Below are positions 1-9,101 of a stretch of 64,000 nucleotides of DNA, piece after piece (the stretch's first letter is position 1; every line of letters begins with the position of its first letter). Where the stretch lies: assembly GCA_034666405.1 (NCBI GenBank), contig JAXDLW010000047.1, positions 79,579 through 143,578 of the forward strand. Reading direction: 5' to 3'. This stretch comes from Chloroflexota bacterium. Lineage in GTDB: Bacteria; Chloroflexota; Dormibacteria; DASZGP01. Both the position numbers and the translations under genes were made by a program. The notes beneath the pieces are model-generated. The model had not been told where the DNA came from, made no database searches, and saw only the letters and a program-made list of their open reading frames with translations.

Positions 1-434
1 AGAGCCCCCGTGGAGGGGTTCAGTGAACCCGTTGGGGGTGCGGTGATCTCGGGAACATAGCCGCCCGCGGACTGCTGGTCACCAGCGTCGATGACCACGA
101 GGTGCGCGGCGCCGGTGAAGGACGCCGGGATCTTGACCCGCACGAAGGTGTTGGTGCAGTTGGCGCTGTCCTTGCCCTGCAGCTCGGCGTCGAATGAGTT
201 GCCGTTCTCGACGAAGAACCGCGCGATCGGCGCCCGCTGGGGACCATTGCAGTCGCCCAGGACCTCACTGTAGAAGTGGGTGCCCCGGATTCCGATGATG
301 CTGTTGGGGGCGACGAGATAGCTGTCCAGGCTGGTGACGCTGGGCGCTCCCCCGGTATCTGAAGCCTGCGCCCCGTAGGCGCCGGCCGCGGCGAGGATGA
401 AGAGAACGACGACGGATCGCAGCAGCCGCTTCAC
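1..434 (-). CDS. secreted protein, N-terminal part only; the gene runs off the window start
   Basis: GTG start at 434 overlaps the sortase stop (GTGA). Translation VKRLLRSVVVLFILAAAGAYGAQA... has a clear signal peptide. The ORF stays open to position 1. Confidence 0.45.
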   Translation of the reverse strand, partial: MKRLLRSVVVLFILAAAGAYGAQASDTGGAPSVTSLDSYLVAPNSIIGIRGTHFYSEVLGDCNGPQRAPIARFFVENGNSFDAELQGKDSANCTNTFVRVKIPASFTGAAHLVVIDAGDQQSAGGYVPEITAPPTGSLNPSTGA

Positions 435-1039
435 GCCGTCACCAGGTCGGCCATCGTCACGTAGCGCTGGGTGGCGAAGGCGCCCGCCCACAGCGGGTAG
501 CAGGTCGTGAACGTGAGCTGCCCCCTGGTGGAGTGGGCCGTCACTGAGGTGTCCTTGTTGCTGATGACCTTGAACCCGGTCACCTTGTAGACGAAGTGCC
601 CGTAGTCGGTGTCGAGGATGATCTGCTGGCCCGCCTTGAGGTTCCCGAACGCGGTCGAGTACGTGTTGTGGTTGGAGATCACTACGTTATCCGGTTCGCC
701 CGGGTATGCGGTACCCACCAGGTGCCCCGGGCCACCGGACAGGACGCGGTCGTCCGTGCCCTCCAGGACGATCCCGTTCCAGGCGATGCTGGGTACCGAC
801 ATCTTTGCCAGGGGCTGGCCGATGGCCAGCCGCGGCCGCTGGACGTTGAGCTGGAATGGGTCACTGGAAGTGGCCGGGGCGATGGGCGGCGCCGCCTTGT
901 GCGTCCGGTCCCAAGCGCTGGCCAGCTCGGTCTGCGACGTCAGGTCGAAGGCGATGTTGCTCCCGGCATAGAGGCCGAAGCTGATGGCCAGGCCCATGAG
1001 GAGCCAGCTGACGAGGCGGAGAGAGGAGCCTTTGGTCAT
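431..1039 (-). CDS. sortase (class E/F-like transpeptidase)
   Basis: N-terminal TM anchor (LVSWLLMGLAISFGLYAG). Catalytic TLxTC signature appears as QLTFTTCYP. Conserved His region HNTYSTAF and ~200 aa size fit a sortase. Start taken at MTKGSS inside the longer ORF 431..1123. Confidence 0.75.
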   Translation of the reverse strand: MTKGSSLRLVSWLLMGLAISFGLYAGSNIAFDLTSQTELASAWDRTHKAAPPIAPATSSDPFQLNVQRPRLAIGQPLAKMSVPSIAWNGIVLEGTDDRVLSGGPGHLVGTAYPGEPDNVVISNHNTYSTAFGNLKAGQQIILDTDYGHFVYKVTGFKVISNKDTSVTAHSTRGQLTFTTCYPLWAGAFATQRYVTMADLVTA

Positions 1040-1142
1040 TGGGGCGTAGGTTAGCTGTCGATCCCGGTGTAGAGGCTGGTTCTGACAGGTTAAAAAGAGC
1101 GGGGGCCGCGGCGCACTGGCCACGGCCCCCGGGATTCGTGGG

Positions 1143-3164
1143 TTAGGCCCGAGCGGCCTTCCAGGCCTGGATGCCGACGCCGGCGGCCATCGCGGCCACG
1201 GCCAGGGCGGCCAGGATCAGGAAGTCGTTGCCGGTGTTCGGGGGCAGGACACAGCCGATGCTGCAGCCGGGGTTGTCAAGGGTCGGGGAGGTGCTGAGCT
1301 GCGCGCTCGCCACGCCCATGGCCAGGTTGACCAGGTGGACGCTGCCGGTGGTCCCGGCGGTGTGAGCGGCGGCCGCGTTGGCGCCGGCAGCCCCGGTCAG
1401 CGGGGAGGCGGCACCCTGGACACCCGTGCCGCAGACGCTGAGGGTCAGGGCGACGGGGATGCTCGGCATGATGTGGGCGATGCTCGGCACCGCGCCGCAG
1501 TTGAGGTCGGCGGTCAGCTGCAGGGTGGTGATGCTGGCGCTGCCGTGGGTCTTGCTGGCAGTGGCGTCGAGGACCTCGATGCCGCGGGTCAGGACGACCG
1601 TGACGAGGCTCTTCACACCGGCGGCGTCAAGCGCGGTCTGCACCGCGGGGACGGTCGGGACGGTGATCGGGAGGCCGTGGCAGGTGCTGGTGCCAGGGAT
1701 GTTGATGGTGCAGCTGCTGCCCGCGGGCAGGATGTCGTCAAGGCTGAGGTGGCCGACGCCGGTGCTCACGGGGAGGGCGGCGGAGGTGCCGTTGACATAG
1801 CTCTCGAGCGAGCGCCCGAGGAGCTTGATGTCGGTCAGGCTGCCGGTCGCGTGCTGGTCTGCGGTGGTGACGCCGTCCAGGGTGACGTGGGCAGTGGCCT
1901 TGATGTTGTCGATACTGGCGAGCTCCGAGACCGAGGCCACGCTGCCACCGCCCGGGAGGCGGTTGGTCACGGTGCCGAGGAGGTCCTGGAGGGCCTTGTT
2001 GTTGATCTTGACAACGTCGACGTGGGTCACGGTGCTGCCGCCGGAGGCGGTGACCGTGGCGCCGTCACGCTTGAGGGCGCTGATGGCGTTGCTGCCGTTG
2101 TTGCCGATGACGTCGTTCAGGCTCAGGCCGTTCAGGCCGTCGAGGAGGCCGATCTCGGCCGACACCAGGTTGACGAGGTCGTTGACCGCGCTCAGGTCGA
2201 CATTGCCGGCGGTCGTGGTGACCGTGCCGACGGTGCCGTTGAGGGTCGGGGTGACCAGGCCGAGGACGTCGTTGGCGGCGCCCAGGCCGAGGCTGGAGTT
2301 CGTCTTGCTCAGGATGTCCTCAACGTTCTTGAGGGCGGTCTCGATGGCCGCGAGGGCCTGGCGGACCTGCGCCTGGGAGACGGTGCCGAGGTGGCCTGAA
2401 GGGACCAGTGCGAGGTTGGTCACATCGTTGGAGGCAAAGGCCTCGGCCGGGATCGCGCGGGCCGTGAAGGGCTGCAGCGCGAGCTTGGAGTCAGGGGTGA
2501 GGAGGCCGTGGGCCTCGACACTGGTGATCTCGCGGGTCAGGTCATCGCCGAAGTTGGCGTGGAGGTTGACGTTGAGAGCGTTCACCGTCGGGCTGCCGAG
2601 GGTCCCGGTGATCGGGTCGGCGAGCTCGGGCAGGTAGAGGTTCAGGGCATCGGACAGCTGCTGGTTGTTCGTGGCCAGAGGTCCGAGCGCGTCCTTGAGG
2701 GCCTTCACGGTCCCGGTGGGCATGTTGTGGACCGCGGTGTTGATCAGGTTGATCTCGGTGTTCAGGGAGGCAGCGTCAATCTGCACGGGGGCACTGTCTG
2801 CCGCGCCGCTGGCCAGCTTGAGGCCGTCAGTCGAGGCGCCACTGGCGCTGGCGGTGGCCACCGCGATGTTCACGGGGGCGGTGGGGTTGTCGAGCGTGCT
2901 CCCGACCGTGTTCCCGACAGTGTCCTTGACGCCCACAACGGCGCCCAGGCTGTCGATCTTCGCGAGGATGCTCTTGAGCTCCGCCAGGTTGACGTTGGCA
3001 ACCGAGTTCGGGTTGACCTGGAGGGTGAGGGCCTGGCCTGAAGCCTTGCCCGAGTAGGAGCTGATGCCATCGGCGGCAAGGGCCGGCGCGGCACCGGCGG
3101 CAAGGACTCCTGCCATGCCAGCCGCTACAGCCAGCCGAGCTATGCGGACTGGGGTTCCTCTCAC
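1143..3164 (-). CDS. cell-wall anchored surface protein with an LPxTG-type sorting signal
   Basis: Signal peptide MRGTPVRIARLAVAAGMAGVLAAGAAPALA. 673 aa rich in Ala/Thr/Gly/Asn repeats. C-terminus LPPNTG, then a hydrophobic stretch and KAARA basic tail. Lies immediately upstream of the sortase on the same strand. Confidence 0.7.
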   Translation of the reverse strand: MRGTPVRIARLAVAAGMAGVLAAGAAPALAADGISSYSGKASGQALTLQVNPNSVANVNLAELKSILAKIDSLGAVVGVKDTVGNTVGSTLDNPTAPVNIAVATASASGASTDGLKLASGAADSAPVQIDAASLNTEINLINTAVHNMPTGTVKALKDALGPLATNNQQLSDALNLYLPELADPITGTLGSPTVNALNVNLHANFGDDLTREITSVEAHGLLTPDSKLALQPFTARAIPAEAFASNDVTNLALVPSGHLGTVSQAQVRQALAAIETALKNVEDILSKTNSSLGLGAANDVLGLVTPTLNGTVGTVTTTAGNVDLSAVNDLVNLVSAEIGLLDGLNGLSLNDVIGNNGSNAISALKRDGATVTASGGSTVTHVDVVKINNKALQDLLGTVTNRLPGGGSVASVSELASIDNIKATAHVTLDGVTTADQHATGSLTDIKLLGRSLESYVNGTSAALPVSTGVGHLSLDDILPAGSSCTINIPGTSTCHGLPITVPTVPAVQTALDAAGVKSLVTVVLTRGIEVLDATASKTHGSASITTLQLTADLNCGAVPSIAHIMPSIPVALTLSVCGTGVQGAASPLTGAAGANAAAAHTAGTTGSVHLVNLAMGVASAQLSTSPTLDNPGCSIGCVLPPNTGNDFLILAALAVAAMAAGVGIQAWKAARA

Positions 3165-3352
3165 TTGACGGTTACCTCCCGCTTGGGTTCTGAATCGTTT
3201 TGGCGCGATGGACCTGGCTGATTGCAGGTCGCGCTGTTGATAGGACGTACCGGATCACTGTTTCCGGTGAGTGTGACGGGATTGTTACATCGCGCCACCG
3301 GGGCTGGGAATGAGTTTCTGGTCACAACTTGCGGACCTGGCGTCGGTGACAA

Positions 3353-4060
3353 TTGGGCATGCCCTTTCCCGCGCTGAGCCTCCCGATCGCGCTGGCCGTC
3401 GGTTTGTCGATCGGCGCCGCGGGCTTCGTGGTCCAGGAGCGAAGCCTGCAGCGGCGGGCCGGCCGGAGACCTGCAACACCGCCCGCGACGCCTCCTGAAC
3501 CCGCGGCGAAGGCGGCGGCGGGCACCAGTGTGACAGTCAAACCCCGCCTTGAACCGCCCGCCACGCCCGACCGGCCCGCCACCAGGGCCGCCCGCCCCGC
3601 GACGGCCCCCAGGGCCGCACGGGCCCCTGCGGTGACGGCTGCTACATCAGCCCCGCCCGCTGCCCCCGCGACGCCGTCGGCGCCCTCGACACTGCGCCCA
3701 AAGACCGCCCCCAGGGCCACCGTGAAACGGCCGGCCCGGGCCAGGCCCGATTCGCTCGAGGCGCGGCGGCGGCGCAACGCCGCCCTGCGGCAAGGCCTGG
3801 ACGCCATCATCGGCTTCGTCGACGGCCCGGCCCGCCGGGGCGAGGCGACGGCCTGCGCGGACGCGCTGCTGCTCGCGGTCCCCAAGGCCCAGCGCGGACC
3901 GCAGGTCTCGGCCTTCCTTCATGCCGCGGGCGCCAAGGAGGCCCCCGGGAAGCTGCAGGACATGGCCGAGGAGGCCGGGATGGAGATCGCGCTGGCGATC
4001 AAGACCCTCACCGCCGAGATCAAGAAGGCCGAAGCCGCGCGCGGCGCGGGCGAAAAGTGA
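3353..4060 (+). CDS. hypothetical Pro/Ala-rich protein with an N-terminal TM segment
   Basis: ORF whose stop overlaps the gltX GTG start (GTGA). N-terminal hydrophobic segment, low-complexity PATPPA region, more ordinary C-terminal ~90 aa. Confidence 0.4.
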   Translation: MGMPFPALSLPIALAVGLSIGAAGFVVQERSLQRRAGRRPATPPATPPEPAAKAAAGTSVTVKPRLEPPATPDRPATRAARPATAPRAARAPAVTAATSAPPAAPATPSAPSTLRPKTAPRATVKRPARARPDSLEARRRRNAALRQGLDAIIGFVDGPARRGEATACADALLLAVPKAQRGPQVSAFLHAAGAKEAPGKLQDMAEEAGMEIALAIKTLTAEIKKAEAARGAGEK

Positions 4061-5502
4061 CCGTGCGGGTCCGGTTCGCGCCCAGCCCCACCGGCGCGCT
4101 GCATCCCGGGAGCGCCCGTACCGTGCTGTTCAACTTCCTGTTCGCCCACCGCGAGGGCGGCACCTTCATCCTGCGAATCGAGGACACCGACCGCGCCCGC
4201 CTCGGCGAGGGCAGCCTGGAGTCCATCCTCGAGGGACTCCGCTGGCTCGGCCTCGGCTGGGACGAAGGCCCGGACGTGGGCGGCCCTCACGCCCCCTACT
4301 TCCAGTCCGAACGGCTGGAGATCTACCGCGACCATGTCGACCGGTTGCTCGAGGCCGGCTCCGCCTACCCGTGCTTCTGCACCCGCGAGCGGCTCGACGC
4401 GCTGCGCCAGGAGCAGCAGAAGGCGGGACGGCCCACGCGCTACGACCGCCTCTGTGCCGGGCTGCCCGCGGACGAGGTGAGCGCCCGGGTCGAGGCGGGG
4501 GAGCCGCACGTGGTCAGGATGCGGGTCCCGGCCGGGAAGACGACCGTGCCGGACCTCGTGCGCGGCGACCTGGAGTTCGACAACGGCAGCCAGGACGACC
4601 AGGTGATCCTGAAGTCGGACGGGTATCCCACGTACCACCTGGCCTCGACCGTCGACGATCACCTGATGGAGATCACCCATGTCATCCGCGGCGATGAGTG
4701 GCTGGCGTCGTCCCCGAAGCAGGTGATGCTGTACGCGATGCTGGGCTGGTCACCGCCCGCCTTTGTCCACCTGCCGCTGGTCCTCGGCCCCGACAGGGCC
4801 AAGCTGTCGAAGCGGCACGGGGCGGCCGCGGTACTCGAGTATCGGGACATGGGGTACCTGCCGCAGGCGATGAACAACTTCCTGGCCCTGCTGGGGTGGT
4901 CGCCGGGAACGGAGCAGGAGTTCTACGACCTGGAGGGGTTGAGCCGGGCGTTCGACCTGAAGCGGATCCAGACCAGCCCCGCCGTCTTCGACCAGGCCAA
5001 GCTGGACAGCGTCAACGGCCTGCATATCCGGGCGATGCCTGTGGCCGAACTGGCGGCAGCGCTGCGACCGTTTGTGCCCGACCTCCCCGACGACCTCCTG
5101 CTGAAGGCCACGCCGCTGATCCGGGAGCGGATCCAGCGCCTCACCGAGGCCGGGCCGCTGCTGGGCTTCCTGGCCCACCGCCCAACCCAGCTGCCGGACG
5201 ATATCGTCCCGAAACTGAAGGAGGCGAGCCGCGAGGAGGCGGCCGGCCAGGCTGTCACGGCGCTCCAGGCTGTTCGCCGGCTGTTCGACTCCGGTCCCCT
5301 GGGGCCGTCCCTCGAGGAGCCCATGCGGAAGGCGGCGGCCGAGATCGGTTGGAAGGCGGGAGACCTGTTCATGACCACCCGGATCGCGCTCACGGGAAGC
5401 CGCGTGACCCCGCCCCTCCTCGAGTCGGCGGCGCTGCTGGGCCAGGCGGAGTGCCTGGTGCGCCTGGACTACGCGATCCAGGAGGTGGGGCGGCGCGCCT
5501 GA
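4057..5502 (+). CDS. gltX: glutamate--tRNA ligase
   Basis: Class I aaRS N-terminus RFAPSPTGALHPG (HIGH-like motif), KLSKR (KMSKS motif), and anticodon-binding C-terminal domain. 481 aa. Confidence 0.93.
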   Translation: MTVRVRFAPSPTGALHPGSARTVLFNFLFAHREGGTFILRIEDTDRARLGEGSLESILEGLRWLGLGWDEGPDVGGPHAPYFQSERLEIYRDHVDRLLEAGSAYPCFCTRERLDALRQEQQKAGRPTRYDRLCAGLPADEVSARVEAGEPHVVRMRVPAGKTTVPDLVRGDLEFDNGSQDDQVILKSDGYPTYHLASTVDDHLMEITHVIRGDEWLASSPKQVMLYAMLGWSPPAFVHLPLVLGPDRAKLSKRHGAAAVLEYRDMGYLPQAMNNFLALLGWSPGTEQEFYDLEGLSRAFDLKRIQTSPAVFDQAKLDSVNGLHIRAMPVAELAAALRPFVPDLPDDLLLKATPLIRERIQRLTEAGPLLGFLAHRPTQLPDDIVPKLKEASREEAAGQAVTALQAVRRLFDSGPLGPSLEEPMRKAAAEIGWKAGDLFMTTRIALTGSRVTPPLLESAALLGQAECLVRLDYAIQEVGRRA

Positions 5503-5508
5503 GGGGAC

Positions 5509-5751
5509 CTAGACGTCAGCTTGCTTCTGGCGCCTGCGGATGAGCGCCGTCGCGGCGCCCTTGAATCGAACGCTGCACTCGCGGCACTTGAACACCATCC
5601 GCGAGCCGATCTCCCCGTAGGGGTCACCGACGCCGTCGCAGGCCGGGCACCTGGCGGTAACCGATGTCATCTGCTCAGGAACCGGGAAGGTGAATATGTC
5701 AATTGGCGGTCGACGTCTCGGCATGTACAGCCTCCCATGCCCACCGCTCAC
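5509..5751 (-). CDS. small zinc-ribbon protein (FmdB-like CxxC...CxxC)
   Basis: CPACDG ...18 aa... CRECS pattern. The true start may be the internal MTSVTARCPAC, near 5670. Confidence 0.35.
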   Translation of the reverse strand: MSGGHGRLYMPRRRPPIDIFTFPVPEQMTSVTARCPACDGVGDPYGEIGSRMVFKCRECSVRFKGAATALIRRRQKQADV

Positions 5752-5932
5752 ACAAATCCCACCGTGTAGCGTGGACCCTATCTCAAATGTTTATACCTCC
5801 AGTATCACATTAAGTGGAGGCCAGGTCAACCAGCACGGGCGCCGATCAAGGGCTTGAGCACGAGGTCGATCGCGCTGGCGTAGCGGGGCAGCCGGTAGTC
5901 GAGGAGGTCATTCGGCGGGAGGAGGTGCTCGC

Positions 5933-7336
5933 TCACGACGCCCGACTGCCGGAGGTAGACCGCGGGGTAGATCGCCCCGGTCCCGTCGGCCTCGGCGGTG
6001 ATCGCGACGGCGTCGAGCGGCCCCTCGTCGAGGAATGGGCGAGCGGCAGCAGGCCCTCATCGCGCACCCCATCGCTGCCCGACACACTGACCACCCGCGC
6101 CAGGTAGGACCGCTGGTGCCAGAGCTCGGGACCGAACGTCACCTCGTTCAGCAGCCACTCCCCGAGCGCGCCGGCGTCGATCGGCGGTCGCTCCAGCCGC
6201 ATGCCGAACCTCGTCTCCGCCAGGTGACGGGCGAGGACGACGGCGTTGTAGCGGTGTCCATGCACCGCACCGGAGTTGCTCGGGATGCCGTGCTTCTTGA
6301 GCCCCCCGGAGCCCTGTGTGATGGTGCCGGCGAAGTAGATCCCCGGAACCGACGCGCTTTCCCAATAGGGCGTCTGCGCCGGCAGGCGGCTCTGGCCGAA
6401 CGTGGTCACCCCCAGCCCGGGCAGGTCCAGGAGTGGGGTCACGAACCCGGTGGCCGCAACCACCTCGTCGACTTCGAAGATCATCGGCTCGCCGTTGTCG
6501 CTGCGATGGGTGTGCACGCGGTAGCCCTGGCCCGCCCGCTCAACCGCGTCGATGGCCGCGTCCATCACGAAAACCCCGCCGCCCAGGGCGTGGTCCTCGA
6601 AAGGTTGGACGTAGCGGGCGCGCACCCCGACCAGCGACTTCGTGTCGACCGACAGCCGCGCCGGGCTCGGCGAGGCCAGGATGATCTGGCGGGCCACCGG
6701 GAGGAGGCCGTTGGCGATCTCGAAACCGGAGTTCTTCTTGCCGATGATGAAGACGCGCTTGCCCATGTAGGCATCCACGCCCTGCATCTCGCCGTAGTGC
6801 GGCACCTGGTCGATCCCCGGGGACGACGGCCGCCAGGGCTCGGCGACGCCGACCGCGAAGACCACGACCCCCGCCCGGTATTCACCGTCCGAGGTTGTGA
6901 CCACGAACTCGTCGTCCTCGCGCCCTGTCGCCTCCCAGGTGCAGCCATAGCGCACCTTCGTCCCCGTGCGCGCCGCGAATGCGACCAGGTTCTCCTCCAT
7001 CTCGGGCCTGGACGGGAAGTAGGAGGTGCCGTCCATATGGTCCACCTGCAGCCCGCGGAACTCGTCCTCGTCCGGGATGAGGCTGTTCCAGTCGTACCGC
7101 TCGTAGCTGCGGCTCTGGCGCGGCACCGGCGCGTGGGGCTTGGTCCAGCTGAGCATGCGCTGCATCAGCGGCCATTTCCGGAACATGCCGCCGGGTCCGG
7201 GGTCCGCCGAGAGGGTGGCCCGGCCCACGCCCAGCCGGTCGAGCGAGTAGCTCAGCTGCAGTCCCCCCGGGCCACTGCCGATGATGACCACGGGGTAACG
7301 ACCCGGTGGGAACGGCCGCTCGGTCAGCTCCTCCAC
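5933..7336 (-). CDS. FAD/NAD(P)-binding oxidoreductase (flavin monooxygenase-like); C-terminus probably frameshifted
   Basis: N-terminal dinucleotide-binding motif VVIIGSGPGG and a second Rossmann motif FIIGKKNSG. The last ~35 aa in this frame are R/S/T/P low complexity. A protein-like continuation exists in the +1 frame down to ~5829. Confidence 0.7.
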   Translation of the reverse strand: MEELTERPFPPGRYPVVIIGSGPGGLQLSYSLDRLGVGRATLSADPGPGGMFRKWPLMQRMLSWTKPHAPVPRQSRSYERYDWNSLIPDEDEFRGLQVDHMDGTSYFPSRPEMEENLVAFAARTGTKVRYGCTWEATGREDDEFVVTTSDGEYRAGVVVFAVGVAEPWRPSSPGIDQVPHYGEMQGVDAYMGKRVFIIGKKNSGFEIANGLLPVARQIILASPSPARLSVDTKSLVGVRARYVQPFEDHALGGGVFVMDAAIDAVERAGQGYRVHTHRSDNGEPMIFEVDEVVAATGFVTPLLDLPGLGVTTFGQSRLPAQTPYWESASVPGIYFAGTITQGSGGLKKHGIPSNSGAVHGHRYNAVVLARHLAETRFGMRLERPPIDAGALGEWLLNEVTFGPELWHQRSYLARVVSVSGSDGVRDEGLLPLAHSSTRGRSTPSRSPPRPTGPGRSTPRSTSGSRAS

Positions 7337-7746
7337 TGGTTGGCCCTGCGCAGCCGCCTCGCCTGGGCCTGCATCATCCGGTACATGACCCGGGGATACG
7401 ACATCAGCAGGCCGTCCAGCTCGCCCGCGCTGATGACCAGGCAGCGCATCTCGCTCGCGGCGACGATGTCAGCGGTGGGGGGCTCTCCCAGCAGGATCGA
7501 GACCTCACCGAAGAAGTCCCCCCGGGAGAGCGTTGCGCGCACCTCACCGTCGACCACGACGGAGGCCTCTCCGTCCAGGATCAGGTAGAAGCCCGACCCG
7601 GTGAGGCCCTGCCGCAGGACCCGGTCGCCGGCCTGGAAACTGGCCTCGTCCATCAGCTCGACGACGGCCCGGACCTGGGGCGTGGCGAGGTCCGAGAACA
7701 GGCTCAACCCGGCCAGAACGTCCGCAATCTCCTGGTTCCTGTCCAT
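7324..7746 (-). CDS. cyclic nucleotide-binding domain protein
   Basis: cNMP-binding (CAP effector) fold motifs: FQAGDRVLRQGLTGSGFYLILDGEASV ... GDFFGEVSIL ... RCLVISAGEL. 140 aa. Confidence 0.75.
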   Translation of the reverse strand: MDRNQEIADVLAGLSLFSDLATPQVRAVVELMDEASFQAGDRVLRQGLTGSGFYLILDGEASVVVDGEVRATLSRGDFFGEVSILLGEPPTADIVAASEMRCLVISAGELDGLLMSYPRVMYRMMQAQARRLRRANQWRS

Positions 7747-7823
7747 CGCCTCTCAAACTCGGTTGGTGACGCCCCGGCCCCTATAATTCGGGCGCCTTTT
7801 GGCCCTCGGGGCCGAACGGTCCC

Positions 7824-7898
7824 TGGGGAGTGGCCAAATGGTAAGGCAGCTCGCTCTGGACGAGAAGATTGCAGGTTCGACTCCTGCCTCCCCAGCCA
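7824..7898 (+). tRNA. tRNA-Gln (anticodon CTG)
   Basis: Cloverleaf with U1-A72. Acceptor TGGGGAG/CTCCCCA, anticodon stem/loop CTCTGGA (CUG), T-arm GCAGG-TTCGACT-CCTGC, discriminator G, encoded CCA. Closely parallels E. coli tRNA-Gln. Confidence 0.85.
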
Positions 7899-7926
7899 AC
7901 TCCGGCGATCCATGCCGGCCGCGCGG

Positions 7927-8448
7927 TCAGGTCCCGGCGGCTGCCTCGGGCGCGGCCGCTGCCGGAGCTGGGGCGCCGGCGGCGGCAGGTGAAGCGCCGG
8001 CGGGAGCCGCGGCTGCCGCGGCGGCGTCCGCGGCCTTCTTGGCCTGGGCCGCCTTGAGCGCCTCGGCCTTGGCCCGCTCCTGCTTCACGAACTCGATGAA
8101 ACCGGAATAGGGCTGCGGGCCCTGGGGGCTGTTGGCGAACTCGGACCGGTCGGGGGCCAGGTTCTCAACTGCCGGTTCGACCACCTGGCCGCGCTGGTCG
8201 CGGTAGTGCACGTGGCCGTTGGCGCACTCGGCCTTGTAGTGGTCGACCTTGCGGATGCCGATGACCGGGTCGACGTACTCGACCACCTGCCACTTCAGGC
8301 TGCTCCCACAATCGGGGCATTTCCTCTCGAGGCTGTCGGGCACCGGCAGCGGCTTCTTCGCTCCGAACATGCCCAGAGAGAATAAGTGAGCGTCGGCAAT
8401 ATCCTGGCGATGGGATAGTTGTCCATATCGTGGACCACGACCTGCCAT
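7927..8448 (-). CDS. hypothetical protein with a zinc-ribbon (CPDCG...C..H) and Ala-rich C-terminus
   Basis: ORF with CxxC motif. Start uncertain (possibly the internal MFGAKK near 8370, since it overlaps the divergent msrP-like start). Confidence 0.4.
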   Translation of the reverse strand: MAGRGPRYGQLSHRQDIADAHLFSLGMFGAKKPLPVPDSLERKCPDCGSSLKWQVVEYVDPVIGIRKVDHYKAECANGHVHYRDQRGQVVEPAVENLAPDRSEFANSPQGPQPYSGFIEFVKQERAKAEALKAAQAKKAADAAAAAAAPAGASPAAAGAPAPAAAAPEAAAGT

Positions 8449-9101
8449 CTCCTCAAGCGCCGGGAAGGCAGCACATTGGCCGGCGCCTCTTCCTTGGAAC
8501 CCTCGCCGCCGGGGCGGTGGTGGCAGCCGGGGGCGGCAAGCTCCTCGGCGGGCTCGGCCAGCTGGGGCCCCTCAAGGCCTTCATCCCCCAGGACGGCTTC
8601 TACTTCTACACCGTCGCCAACGGCGAGCCCACGTTCGACGGCAGGAACTGGCAGCTGCGGATCGAGGGGCTGGTGGACAACCCGGTCACGCTCTCGTTCC
8701 AGGACCTGCTGGGCCTGGCGCAGTCCGACCAGGTGCACGACTACATGTGCGTGACCGGCTGGAAGGTGGACCACGTTCGCTGGCAGGGGCCGCTGGTTTC
8801 GACACTGCTAGACATCGCCCGCCCCAAGGCGGCGGCCACCTCGGTGAGCTTCGACAGCGCGGACGGTATCTACGTCGACAGCCTGGCCCTGGCCGAGGCC
8901 CGCCGCCCCGAGGTCCTGCTGGCCCACAGCATCAACGGCGCGCGGCTGGGCCAGGACCGGGGCGCCGCCCTGCGCCTGGTCATCCCCTTCATGTTCGGCT
9001 ACAAGGGGGTCAAGTGGGTGTCGCGGATCCGGCTCACCGACAAGCAGGAGATCGGCTACTGGGAGCAGCGTGGCTATGACGTCAACGCATACCTCAAGTA
9101 G
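8430..9101 (+). CDS. msrP: molybdopterin-dependent oxidoreductase, YedY/MsrP (sulfite-oxidase family) catalytic subunit
   Basis: Tat signal RRLFLGTLAAGAVVAA. Moco-domain motifs DYMCVTGWKVDHVRWQG and GYKGVKWVSRIRL. Confidence 0.8.
   Translation: MDHDLPSPQAPGRQHIGRRLFLGTLAAGAVVAAGGGKLLGGLGQLGPLKAFIPQDGFYFYTVANGEPTFDGRNWQLRIEGLVDNPVTLSFQDLLGLAQSDQVHDYMCVTGWKVDHVRWQGPLVSTLLDIARPKAAATSVSFDSADGIYVDSLALAEARRPEVLLAHSINGARLGQDRGAALRLVIPFMFGYKGVKWVSRIRLTDKQEIGYWEQRGYDVNAYLK

Noticed and set aside
1335-3057. Several 130-350-aa plus-strand ORFs
   Set aside because: All lie antisense inside the LPPNTG surface-protein gene; low-complexity translations.
3921-5543. Two ~260-280-aa plus-strand ORFs and the 253-aa minus ORF (3919..4680)
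   Set aside because: Alternative frames over gltX and its upstream gene; Arg/Pro-rich, no motifs.
6035-7588. 517-aa plus-strand ORF
   Set aside because: Antisense to the FAD oxidoreductase and cNMP-binding genes; Arg/Pro/Gly-rich.
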